Positions 50,404 through 59,123 of a DNA stretch of 64,000 nucleotides are shown here, in pieces. The stretch spans positions 170,198 to 234,197 of the forward strand of contig JAPLLW010000007.1 of the NCBI GenBank assembly GCA_026387355.1. Direction: 5' to 3'. How positions within the stretch are numbered: the first letter of the stretch is position 1; every line of letters starts with the position of its first letter. The notes under the pieces were generated by a model. That model had not been told where the DNA came from, did no database searches, and worked only from the letters and a program-made list of their open reading frames with translations. Origin of the DNA: Candidatus Omnitrophota bacterium. GTDB lineage: Bacteria; Omnitrophota; Gorgyraeia; Gygaellales; Profunditerraquicolaceae. The position numbers were made by a program, and so were the translations under genes.

Positions 50404-51366
50404 TTATTCAACTGCTTTTTTATAGTAGCTCCCAAAACAATCGCCTATTTTAACCTTGTGCCCATGAACAAAATCTTTAGCATTCATCCTCTTCCCGCCC
50501 TCAAGCTGTAATTCTTCAATAACTAAAACGCCCTTGCCGCATACCACAAGTATCCCATCCTGGTTAACAGCCAATACGTGTGAGCAAGAAACCGAGTCCT
50601 GCTGGCTCAAACCTTCCATGCATTTGGCTTTAAATATCTTTAGCGTCTTATTCTTAAAATATGTAAAAGCCCCCGGCCAAGGCAAGCTCCCTCTTATAAG
50701 GTTATAGATCTCGACTGAGTTTTTACACCAATCAATATACCCATCTGTTTTTTTAAGCTTAGGAGCATAGCTTACCTTCTCCTCGTCTTGCGCAACTAGC
50801 TTATATTTCTTATTCTTAATCTCGTCCAGCGCCTCAATTAATAATTCTGACCCCAATTTACGTAACTTTTCCTCAATAATCACAGAATCATCATTATCTG
50901 CAATCGATATAGCTTCCTGGAGTATTATCGGACCGGAATCCATCTTCCTTGTCACCTGCATAATAGTTATGCCTGTAGTCCTATCTCCCTGCATAATTGC
51001 CCAATTTACAGGAGCTGCTCCGCGATATTTCGGTAGCAATGAAGCGTGAATATTTATGGGTAAGATTTTCGGTATATCCAAAACTTTTTGAGACAATATT
51101 TGGCCATAAGCTACGACTACAAATAAATCTGCCCCAAATTTAATAATCTGCTTAACCGATTCAGCCGAATTCACATCCTTAGGCTGGAAAATTTCAAGGT
51201 CTGCCTTCTGCGCAACAAACTTGACGTCTGTACCAGCTAAATGCAGATGGCGGCCCTTTTTCTGATCCGGTTGCGTCACCACGCAACAAATATCTTGTTT
51301 GCTTTTGATCAAAGCCTCAAGCGCAGGAACTGCAAAATGTGAGCTACCAAAAAATATGATTTTCAT
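50404..51366 (-). CDS. fmt: methionyl-tRNA formyltransferase
   Basis: 'KIIFFGSSHFAVPALEAL', 'NIHASLLPKYRGAAPVNWAIMQGDRTTGITIMQ' and the C-terminal Fmt domain. Confidence 0.9.
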   Translation of the reverse strand: MKIIFFGSSHFAVPALEALIKSKQDICCVVTQPDQKKGRHLHLAGTDVKFVAQKADLEIFQPKDVNSAESVKQIIKFGADLFVVVAYGQILSQKVLDIPKILPINIHASLLPKYRGAAPVNWAIMQGDRTTGITIMQVTRKMDSGPIILQEAISIADNDDSVIIEEKLRKLGSELLIEALDEIKNKKYKLVAQDEEKVSYAPKLKKTDGYIDWCKNSVEIYNLIRGSLPWPGAFTYFKNKTLKIFKAKCMEGLSQQDSVSCSHVLAVNQDGILVVCGKGVLVIEELQLEGGKRMNAKDFVHGHKVKIGDCFGSYYKKAVE

Positions 51367-51396
51367 AAAATAGTAGTAGATAATAGTTAGGTGACA

Positions 51397-53256
51397 CTAT
51401 ACCGGATCCACATCAATCGTCACTATTATACCTGAATGACGAAAGCCTTTTAAGCCTTTTCTTATAAATTCTCCTGCCAAGGCGACCTTACCCGTACGCA
51501 ACAATACCTGCCAATAAAAATTACCCCGCAGCTTCGGAGGGTTAGTTGGAGTAACCGCAACTATTCCCAACTCCTTACTCTTATTTTCTTTTGTCAATTT
51601 ATTAAACAAAGCTTCAGCCGCAACTTTTACCTTCTCTTCACTTTTACCACGCAGTTTGACTAAAATCAAATGACTAAAGGGCGGAAAATTAAGTTGTTTT
51701 CTCTGCTTTAACTCTGCTTCATAGAAATAACTTTCATCTTTTTTAAAAAGCGCCTGAAAACAATGATGGGTAGGAGAACTTGTCTGAATTAAAATATTCT
51801 TATCCGTAAGCACTAATAGCCCGGCGAGCAATTCAAAGACTTTTTCAGTTGCGCGAAAATCAACGCGATTAAGAGTATTGTCTATGCCCAATACTCCGAT
51901 AAGATCAAAATTTAGATCAGCCCTTCTAATTACGCTGCTCGTAGCTATAAATATATCTGCATCGGATATATCCTGGCAGGCTTCATCCCAAATCTTAATT
52001 CGCGCTTGAGGAAAAATTCTAGATAGCTCACTCTCCATTTTTTCAGTCCCCCCTCCGGAAAATTTAATATATCCGGCGTTACACTCAGGACATATTTTGG
52101 GAGGCTCGATCTTATAATTACAATAATGACAACTCAGCAAATTGCCTTTGTAGTGATAAACCAAGTTTATATTGCAACGTGGGCACTTTAACACTTTACC
52201 ACAGGCATGACATGCTGCCTGAGTAGCAAAACCTTTTCGATTCAAAAATAAGAGTACCTTGCCCTTTGTATTCAAAACAACATAGATTGCATCTTCAAGT
52301 ATCCTAGCAACAACCTGCTTTTTCTTTCTATCTACAAATGCCAGATGTCTGGTATCGATAAGCTTAACATCGGGAAATCTACTTTTTCTTGGTACAAGCG
52401 TGTACTTGGCTTTATCTTTCTTGCTTGAATAATAGCTTTCTAGCGAAGGAACCCTGCTTCCCAAAATTAGCTTTGCACCTTCAATTTTAGCGCGCAGAAA
52501 ACCAGCTTCTCTTGCGTGATAATGCGGCACCTGATCTTGTTTATATACGCTGCTTGCTTCATCATCAATAATAATTAAACCTAAATTATTTAAAGGAGCA
52601 AAAATAGCTGAGCGCGTCCCTGCTATTACCTGAGCCCCTCCTGATTTAACCTTTAACCATGCATCTAACTCCTTAGGTTGCTTTCTATATAAAGGTTGAA
52701 CTTCAATACCAAGTTCTTTATTAATCATTGAGCTTACCTTAGCAATATCATGAACATCCGGTAACAAAACTATCGCCGACTGATTGTTCTTTAATATCTG
52801 CTTTATTTCATTAATATACACACCCCATCTTGCCCTACCATCCAAATCATGAATTAGGGAGACCTTTTTGTCCAAATAAATGGGGTCAGAATTAATTCTG
52901 ACCCCATTTATAGAAGAATCCCCTGAGATAATCTTCTTCCCTTTTCTCAAATCATCCGGTATCGCTACCTCAATCGCTTCACCCCATGAACAGCAATAAT
53001 ATTCCGAAAGCTCTTTTGTAATCAGCAACATCTCTTTACTCAACAAAGGAACCTTATCAATTAATTCTAAAATCGGCTTTAATCTTTTAATTTCGCTTTT
53101 TTTAACTAAATCCGTAACATAACCAACTATGCGTCTAGTCCCAAAACTAACCCAAACTCTTGAACCAATCTTTATTTGCTCTGCGCAATTATCCGGGACA
53201 ATATAATCAAACGGCCCGCTTACCGGTAGCCCCACTACTACCTTAGCGAATAGCAT
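51397..53256 (-). CDS. priA: primosomal protein N' (PriA) homologue lacking canonical helicase ATPase motifs
   Basis: Collinear with E. coli PriA. Has the 3'-DNA-binding N-terminus, 'IIIDDEASSVYKQDQVPHYHAR' (versus E. coli IVIDEEHDSSYKQ) and the Cys-rich Zn region 'CHACGKVLKCPRCNINLVYHYKGNLLSCHYCNYKIEPPKICPEC'. The Walker A position reads 'DLDGRARWGVY' instead of GVTGSGKTEVY. Confidence 0.85.
   Translation of the reverse strand: MLFAKVVVGLPVSGPFDYIVPDNCAEQIKIGSRVWVSFGTRRIVGYVTDLVKKSEIKRLKPILELIDKVPLLSKEMLLITKELSEYYCCSWGEAIEVAIPDDLRKGKKIISGDSSINGVRINSDPIYLDKKVSLIHDLDGRARWGVYINEIKQILKNNQSAIVLLPDVHDIAKVSSMINKELGIEVQPLYRKQPKELDAWLKVKSGGAQVIAGTRSAIFAPLNNLGLIIIDDEASSVYKQDQVPHYHAREAGFLRAKIEGAKLILGSRVPSLESYYSSKKDKAKYTLVPRKSRFPDVKLIDTRHLAFVDRKKKQVVARILEDAIYVVLNTKGKVLLFLNRKGFATQAACHACGKVLKCPRCNINLVYHYKGNLLSCHYCNYKIEPPKICPECNAGYIKFSGGGTEKMESELSRIFPQARIKIWDEACQDISDADIFIATSSVIRRADLNFDLIGVLGIDNTLNRVDFRATEKVFELLAGLLVLTDKNILIQTSSPTHHCFQALFKKDESYFYEAELKQRKQLNFPPFSHLILVKLRGKSEEKVKVAAEALFNKLTKENKSKELGIVAVTPTNPPKLRGNFYWQVLLRTGKVALAGEFIRKGLKGFRHSGIIVTIDVDPV
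52877..52912. repeat. palindromic mini-repeat element, short form (copy D), inserted in-frame inside priA
   Basis: 'ATAAATGGGGTCAGAATTAATTCTGACCCCATTTAT' is a perfect 36-bp palindrome identical in core to copies B and C. It translates in the priA frame as ...SINGVRINSDPIYL... Confidence 0.75.
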
Positions 53257-54334
53257 CAGCTATCTCCTGGCAGGCAAATGGCTTTTTTATATTTTCAATC
53301 CTAGCCTTCATTTGCTTCAGCTTATGGGGATTATTCTTAAAATCAATTACTATATCTCTAAGCTCTGTTAAATTCTTTGGTGTTAAACCTACACCAAACT
53401 CCTTTAGCGCTTGAATATTCCCGGCTTCTTGCCCGGGAATTACAGCTATGAAAATTGGAACTAAATCCATATTAACAACTTCGGCAATAGTTGAGCCCCC
53501 TGCCTTAGAGACTATCAAATCAGAAACAGCCATCAGCTCTTCAGTATTATCTATATACCCGTATACCTCTACGTTCGGAAGATTCTTTTTTAATAAACGC
53601 TTATACAATTTCTTATTTGATGCGCAAATAACCAAAACTTGAACATCGACAGATAATAATTCAGCTGCCTTCTCAAGAGGACCTATGCCAAATGACCCGG
53701 TCATTAATAATACAGTAAATTTATCTGGAGAGATATCTAACTTCGTAGCTAAAGCTCTCCTATCAAACTGCTGCGTAAATTTAGGGTGAAATGGTAACCC
53801 AAAAACTTTGATTAATTCCGGCTTAACCCCCTCAGCTAACAGCCTCTTTTTTGTAAACTCTGAGGCTACAACATATAAATCAGTATACTTGTTTATCCAA
53901 TAAGGATGCACGCCAAAATCTGTAATTACCGTGACTAATTTTGACTTAATCTTACGGTGCCTCTTAAGCAATCCCGCGATATTAGAAGGGAGAAAATGAG
54001 TCGAAATAATCACATCCGGGTTTTTACGAATAAGATACCGTATAAAACTTACAGAATTAATATTATTGATAAAGGTGGCAAGCGGAGAACTTATAAAGCG
54101 GAATAATTTATACTGCGTAAGCCAGAATGCAAAATTCCATCCGCCTACGGCGTATTTTACCAAAACAGAATACCCGACTGTGTTATTAAATCTAAACAAC
54201 GCATTCGTCTTATCCAGTACATCAATTAATTTAAGGCCATAATCTGGATGAGCGCTTTTTAAATAATCATACACTGCTTCGGCTGCCCTGCGATGCCCAG
54301 CCCCGGCAGATGCATGGGCAATTAATACTCTCAT
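53243..54334 (-). CDS. MGDG-synthase-like / GT28-family diacylglycerol glycosyltransferase
   Basis: N-terminal 'MRVLIAHASAGAGHRRAAEAVYDYL' (MGDG_synth-type N-domain) and a C-terminal GT-B domain. Confidence 0.7.
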   Translation of the reverse strand: MRVLIAHASAGAGHRRAAEAVYDYLKSAHPDYGLKLIDVLDKTNALFRFNNTVGYSVLVKYAVGGWNFAFWLTQYKLFRFISSPLATFINNINSVSFIRYLIRKNPDVIISTHFLPSNIAGLLKRHRKIKSKLVTVITDFGVHPYWINKYTDLYVVASEFTKKRLLAEGVKPELIKVFGLPFHPKFTQQFDRRALATKLDISPDKFTVLLMTGSFGIGPLEKAAELLSVDVQVLVICASNKKLYKRLLKKNLPNVEVYGYIDNTEELMAVSDLIVSKAGGSTIAEVVNMDLVPIFIAVIPGQEAGNIQALKEFGVGLTPKNLTELRDIVIDFKNNPHKLKQMKARIENIKKPFACQEIADAIR

Positions 54335-54338
54335 ATTT

Positions 54339-54878
54339 TTACTTTATGATAAATTTTGCTGCTTCTTTGAGGTTTTTAAATACAAAATCTGGAGTTGCTT
54401 CCCAGTTTTTTTTGTTTGGAAGCTTTTCTCTTCCGGAAAGAACCAGAATAGATTTACATCCGGCATTCTCTGCAGTAATTACATCCCTAATAGTATCACC
54501 AACAAAATAGGCTTTTTTTAGATCGAACCCGTATTCTTTCGCTGCCTTCTTGAGTATGCCTGGTTTTGGCTTTCTGCACGCACAACCCGCATCTTTACGA
54601 TGCGTGCAATAATAGACTTTGTCAATCTTACCACCAACTTTATCAATATCAGTGAGCATCTTACGCGTTATAATATCCAAAGTCTTTTGAGAATACGTCC
54701 CCTTGCCTACGCCAGCCTGATTCGATGCCACAAATATCTTACACCCATGCTTACTCAGCAAAGCAATCGCTTCTTTAGCTTGCGGCAAAAACCTAAACTT
54801 CGCCAAAGAGGTTACATAAAGCTTATCCCCCGGATACTTATTTATTACCCCGTCTCTATCTAGAAATATAATCTTCAT
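54339..54878 (-). CDS. gmhB: D,D-heptose 1,7-bisphosphate phosphatase-like HAD-IIIA phosphatase
   Basis: 'KIIFLDRDGVIN' HAD motif I and the 'DAGCACRKPKPG' Zn/Cys motif typical of GmhB/HisB-N. Confidence 0.75.
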   Translation of the reverse strand: MKIIFLDRDGVINKYPGDKLYVTSLAKFRFLPQAKEAIALLSKHGCKIFVASNQAGVGKGTYSQKTLDIITRKMLTDIDKVGGKIDKVYYCTHRKDAGCACRKPKPGILKKAAKEYGFDLKKAYFVGDTIRDVITAENAGCKSILVLSGREKLPNKKNWEATPDFVFKNLKEAAKFIIK

Positions 54879-54920
54879 ATAATTCTTGTAACGGGACAGG
54901 ACCCGTTACACTAATAATGC

Positions 54921-55691
54921 CTATTTCTTATTCATTATTATTTCGCGATATTTTAAATAACTAAACACCTGATACAATCCAGCGTTATAAGCAACCACAA
55001 ACCCTATAAACCCATCCTTATACCCATGCCTACCAAAGTATGCGCGCATGAATCTATCATAAGTCCGCCACATAAATCTACCCAGAGTCATTGGCTTACC
55101 CTGAGAATACCATTTCTTTGCTTCCCAAGTAGTCTGCTTATTCAATTTAGCCCAAAAATCCTCAAGATCCTTATAGGAATAATGCAACATATCCCCGCGT
55201 AAATGCCCGCAAGCTCCATCCATAAACGCCCGCGGGTGCACCTCAACTTCTTCATACCGAAACTTATCTTTTCTAAAGAGCCTCAATTGTGGGCTTGGAT
55301 ACCAACCTCCATGTTTTACCCAATAATCACCGATATAATTCCTGCGCGGAATAGTAAACCCGGCCTCTGTGGGATTACTGCCTAAAACCTTAATAATTTC
55401 ATCTCTTAACTCAGGAGTAACTCTTTCATCGGAATCAAGGCTCAAAACCCAATCATTCTTAGCCTGCGCATACGCCCAATTCCTATGAGTTCCCTCAACA
55501 ACCATCTTCCTAGTAAAAATTCTATCTGTGTATTTCTTAAGTATCTCCGGAGTCTTATCAGTGCTCATATCATCAATAACAATAATCTCATCAGCCCACG
55601 AATAAACACTCTTTAAGCATTCATCTATAATTAGCTCATTATTCTTAGTTAACACTACAACCGTTAGCTTTACTTTTTCCATTGGATTCAA
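54921..55691 (-). CDS. glycosyltransferase family 2
   Basis: 'LTVVVLTKNNELIIDECLKSV...IVIDDMSTD' GT-A motifs. Confidence 0.7.
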   Translation of the reverse strand: MNPMEKVKLTVVVLTKNNELIIDECLKSVYSWADEIIVIDDMSTDKTPEILKKYTDRIFTRKMVVEGTHRNWAYAQAKNDWVLSLDSDERVTPELRDEIIKVLGSNPTEAGFTIPRRNYIGDYWVKHGGWYPSPQLRLFRKDKFRYEEVEVHPRAFMDGACGHLRGDMLHYSYKDLEDFWAKLNKQTTWEAKKWYSQGKPMTLGRFMWRTYDRFMRAYFGRHGYKDGFIGFVVAYNAGLYQVFSYLKYREIIMNKK

Positions 55692-56884
55692 TTCTCCTTA
55701 TCCATAGAAAGCATACTACGAAACTTTATCTTAACTATAGCCGCAAAAAGAAACAAAGAACCAAAAATAACTATAGAAAAACGCTCAAGAATAGTCTGCA
55801 CAGCCTCACCCACAAAAGAAGGACTCCCAAAAGTTGTAAGCACAAAATATACTACAACTAAAGATAAAACTAATTTGTCTTTAAAATTACATACCATTAA
55901 ATAATAAATTACCAACATGGTAGGGAATATTAACGTTACAAAATTATGAATCCAACCATGGGGATTAAACAAAGGGATTAAGATAAAAACCAAACCATAA
56001 TCTAAGCAATTAGTAAATAGTTCTTTTTCTTTCTTAATTTGTTTTTTATTCGAGATAATAATGAATACAGTTAAGATCGCAAAAATACACAAAGTAAATA
56101 AGGTAGCGGAAAAACTGGAAATACCCGTAAAAGCCCTAAACGGAAAGGCCCATAATGATTGCATCTTTTCATTGAGAAAAGCCCCTTCCCCAAGAGAAGT
56201 TGAACTTATATGCGGAATCAATTCCTTTAAAAGAAAAAAGTTATATTTTAACCCAATAAATAAACCCGGTAATAAGCAATAAATAACAATCGCAACTAAA
56301 ATCAGAAAAGAAATCTTAAATTTCCTTTTTATAAAAAAATATGGAATAAACAAAGCAGGCATATATTTAATCATAACTGCAATCCCAATAAAAGAAGCCC
56401 CTATTGCATTTTTTGCCTTAGAAATAAAGAATAACCCAAAAACCACCGCTAGCATTATAAACAACCCCACCTGAGCGCTATGCAGGCAATTTAAAACAAA
56501 CCTAAAGTTAATTAACGAAACAAACACAAAAAGTAAAAACTCATTGTTGGCACTTATTTCTTTATAAAAGATAAGTTTTCGAGAGAGCTTAAAAATGAAA
56601 AAAACCGCACATAGATTCAAAAGAAAGAATAAGCTTGCAGATGTTCTTTGGTCAAAAATAGCAAGCGGTGCCATAAATAATGCAAAAATAGGTGTATATT
56701 TAAAAGTAGATATTTCTTCAGAATCCTTAATATAAGGGTTTTTCCCTTGCAGAATATCTTTTCCTGCCTTATAGAAACAACTGTAATCAGAGTAATTTCT
56801 TCTAGGCGCTCGAATCTGATACTGAATAAACAACCCAGAAAAAATGATTACGATTAAACTAAGGCCTACTATTTTTCGCGACAC
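55688..56884 (-). CDS. polytopic membrane glycosyltransferase-like protein (DUF2029/GT87-like)
   Basis: 398 aa with about 10-11 TM helices. Positioned in the LPS-core-like cluster. The assignment rests on weak resemblance. Confidence 0.4.
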   Translation of the reverse strand: MSRKIVGLSLIVIIFSGLFIQYQIRAPRRNYSDYSCFYKAGKDILQGKNPYIKDSEEISTFKYTPIFALFMAPLAIFDQRTSASLFFLLNLCAVFFIFKLSRKLIFYKEISANNEFLLFVFVSLINFRFVLNCLHSAQVGLFIMLAVVFGLFFISKAKNAIGASFIGIAVMIKYMPALFIPYFFIKRKFKISFLILVAIVIYCLLPGLFIGLKYNFFLLKELIPHISSTSLGEGAFLNEKMQSLWAFPFRAFTGISSFSATLFTLCIFAILTVFIIISNKKQIKKEKELFTNCLDYGLVFILIPLFNPHGWIHNFVTLIFPTMLVIYYLMVCNFKDKLVLSLVVVYFVLTTFGSPSFVGEAVQTILERFSIVIFGSLFLFAAIVKIKFRSMLSMDKEN

Positions 56885-56902
56885 TATAATTCTCCTAATG
56901 AA

Positions 56903-58009
56903 TTAATTCTTTACGGAGCAAATAATGTAATCTTTTTCCTCCTGAGTCATCTCAGGATAAATAGGCAGAGTAAAAAGCTGTTTAGCGGCTTTTTCTGCCT
57001 CAGGAAAATCACCTACCTTATAACCCAGATATTTAAAGCATTTCTGAAGATGCAGAGGAATCGGGTAAAATACGCGCGAATCAATTCCTTTTGACTGCAA
57101 ATGCTCTATGGATCCTTTGTTTGAAACAGGGGCTCTTAAAACATACTGGTGGTAAATATGGGTGGTATAATCAGGAACAAACGGGGTTTTAAAGTTAAGT
57201 CCGGATAAATTAAGATTATAATATTCAGCGATTGGTTGCCTCTTCTTGTTCCATTCATCCAGGTATTTCAACTTAACATCTAAAACTACTGCCTGAATAG
57301 TATCCATGCGGTTATTACGGCCTAAAACCAGGTGATGATATTTATTTTTATTCCCCTGGTTACGTAAAATCTTTAACTTTTCAGCAAGTGTTTTACTATT
57401 AGTTAAAATTAAACCCGCATCTCCGAAAGCGCCCAGATTCTTGCCAGGATAAAAACTTACCGAACCACAATCTCCAAGAGTGCCAGCCTTCTTACCCTTA
57501 TACTCTGCACCAAACGCTTGTGCAGTATCTTCAATAACTTTTAACTTATACTTACGCGCCAACTTTAAAATACCATCCATATCCGCGCACTGGCCATAAA
57601 GATGTACCGGAATGATTGCTCTAATCTTAAACTTATTCTTTTTAGTTAATATTTTTTTAACGCTCTCAACCGAAATATTATAAGTATCTCTATCTATATC
57701 CGCGAAAACAGGTCTTGCCCCAATATTCGCCACTGCTCCGGCTGTTGCATAATATGTAAATGCGGGACAAATCACCCCATCACCACGACCAATGCCCAAT
57801 GCTAATAAAGAAAGAGAAATAGCATCAGTCCCATTTGAAACACCAACTGCATATCTTGCATTGACATATTTTGCAGCATTTTCTTCAAACCTACTTACAC
57901 CGGAACCTAATATAAAACTCGAATTGTCGATTACCTCTTTTATCGCTAAATCAATCTCCTTACGTATTGGTGCAATCTGCTTTTTAAGGTCTAACGCTGA
58001 TATTTTCAT
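56903..58009 (-). CDS. DegT/DnrJ/EryC1/StrS-family PLP-dependent sugar aminotransferase
   Basis: 'AVGVSNGTDAISL', 'IPVHLYGQCADMD' and the Lys region 'SFYPGKNLGAFGDAG'. Confidence 0.85.
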   Translation of the reverse strand: MKISALDLKKQIAPIRKEIDLAIKEVIDNSSFILGSGVSRFEENAAKYVNARYAVGVSNGTDAISLSLLALGIGRGDGVICPAFTYYATAGAVANIGARPVFADIDRDTYNISVESVKKILTKKNKFKIRAIIPVHLYGQCADMDGILKLARKYKLKVIEDTAQAFGAEYKGKKAGTLGDCGSVSFYPGKNLGAFGDAGLILTNSKTLAEKLKILRNQGNKNKYHHLVLGRNNRMDTIQAVVLDVKLKYLDEWNKKRQPIAEYYNLNLSGLNFKTPFVPDYTTHIYHQYVLRAPVSNKGSIEHLQSKGIDSRVFYPIPLHLQKCFKYLGYKVGDFPEAEKAAKQLFTLPIYPEMTQEEKDYIICSVKN

Positions 58010-58016
58010 ATTTCTC

Positions 58017-59123
58017 CTAAGGATTTAATAAACTCTTTGCTGCCTCAAATACCGATTCTACGCTTATAGACTTTAAACATTCCTTATCCCTATCGCACGC
58101 CGGTAATCTAAAATTCTTGTAACACGGCCGGCAGGAAGTATCCCATTTTAAAACCACATGATTTCTATGTTCAGGATATGGTCCGTAAACTAATTCACTA
58201 ACCGGGCCAAAAACTGATACAGTCTTTACTCCTAAAGCCACAGCCATATGCATCGGTCCACCGTCATTAGTAATAAGTAGCCTGCAATTCTTAATTACAG
58301 CCGGCAAAATCCCTAAATCAGTTTTACCTACCAAATCTATAGGCTTATTGCGCATAGCATGTACCATTACATCTGCAATTTTACGCTCAGATTCATCACC
58401 TAATATAAGCACCTTTGCCTTAAACTCAGAAATTAATTTATCCGCTAATTGCGTAAACTTTAATACTGGCCAATGCTTATAACCAGCATCCTTACCCCAG
58501 CTTCCGCCAGCACCAGGTGCAATACCTAGCACTAAATCATTAACTTCAACACCAGCAGCGCTAAGTATATTCTTTGCTTTAGCTTCGCTCCCCAAGACTA
58601 CTGATAGAGATAAGCTCTTATCCCTAACCGGAATATTCAAAAACTTTAACAATTCTAAATAATACTCAACCACATGCTTGTCGTGATAACCATCAATTTC
58701 AATGCGGCTAGTAAGAAATCTGCCCCTACCTTTATAATTAAACCCGATTCGCTTACCTATCCCCATCATTTTTGCAAATAGGCTATAGCGGTGGTCTAGG
58801 GAAAAATCAAGACAAATGTTAAAACGCTCTTTTCTTATTGCCCAGGTTAATTTAATTGCGCGCCATACACCCTTAAAGAAAGATTCCTGGTATGCTTTTT
58901 TGAGGTCTCCTCTAGATAAGGCAAAAATCTTATTTATATTGGGATTGTTTTCTAAAACTGGCTTGACTCTTGCATTTGACCAGTACCCAATAAAACAATT
59001 AGGGACCTGCTCTTTAATCGCCTTGATTACAGGAGTAGTAAATAAAACATCACCTATGCCAAATGGATTTATGATTAGTATCTTTTTAAACGCTTGCCCG
59101 GCATTCTTTTTTAAAATCATCAT
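58017..59123 (-). CDS. glycosyltransferase family 9 (LPS heptosyltransferase-like)
   Basis: 'KILIINPFGIGDVLFTTPVIKAIKE' N-terminal GT9 signature and a C-terminal 'GGPMHMAVALGVKTVSVFGP' region. Confidence 0.75.
   Translation of the reverse strand: MMILKKNAGQAFKKILIINPFGIGDVLFTTPVIKAIKEQVPNCFIGYWSNARVKPVLENNPNINKIFALSRGDLKKAYQESFFKGVWRAIKLTWAIRKERFNICLDFSLDHRYSLFAKMMGIGKRIGFNYKGRGRFLTSRIEIDGYHDKHVVEYYLELLKFLNIPVRDKSLSLSVVLGSEAKAKNILSAAGVEVNDLVLGIAPGAGGSWGKDAGYKHWPVLKFTQLADKLISEFKAKVLILGDESERKIADVMVHAMRNKPIDLVGKTDLGILPAVIKNCRLLITNDGGPMHMAVALGVKTVSVFGPVSELVYGPYPEHRNHVVLKWDTSCRPCYKNFRLPACDRDKECLKSISVESVFEAAKSLLNP

Noticed and set aside
50840-50854. 15-nt match to the palindromic element right arm (AATAATTCTGACCCC) inside fmt
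   Set aside because: Only a half-site with no partner arm. It encodes 'LGSELLIE', which aligns with the conserved native Fmt sequence (E. coli ALGAQLLVE). It is most likely chance or convergent AT-rich codon usage, not an insertion.
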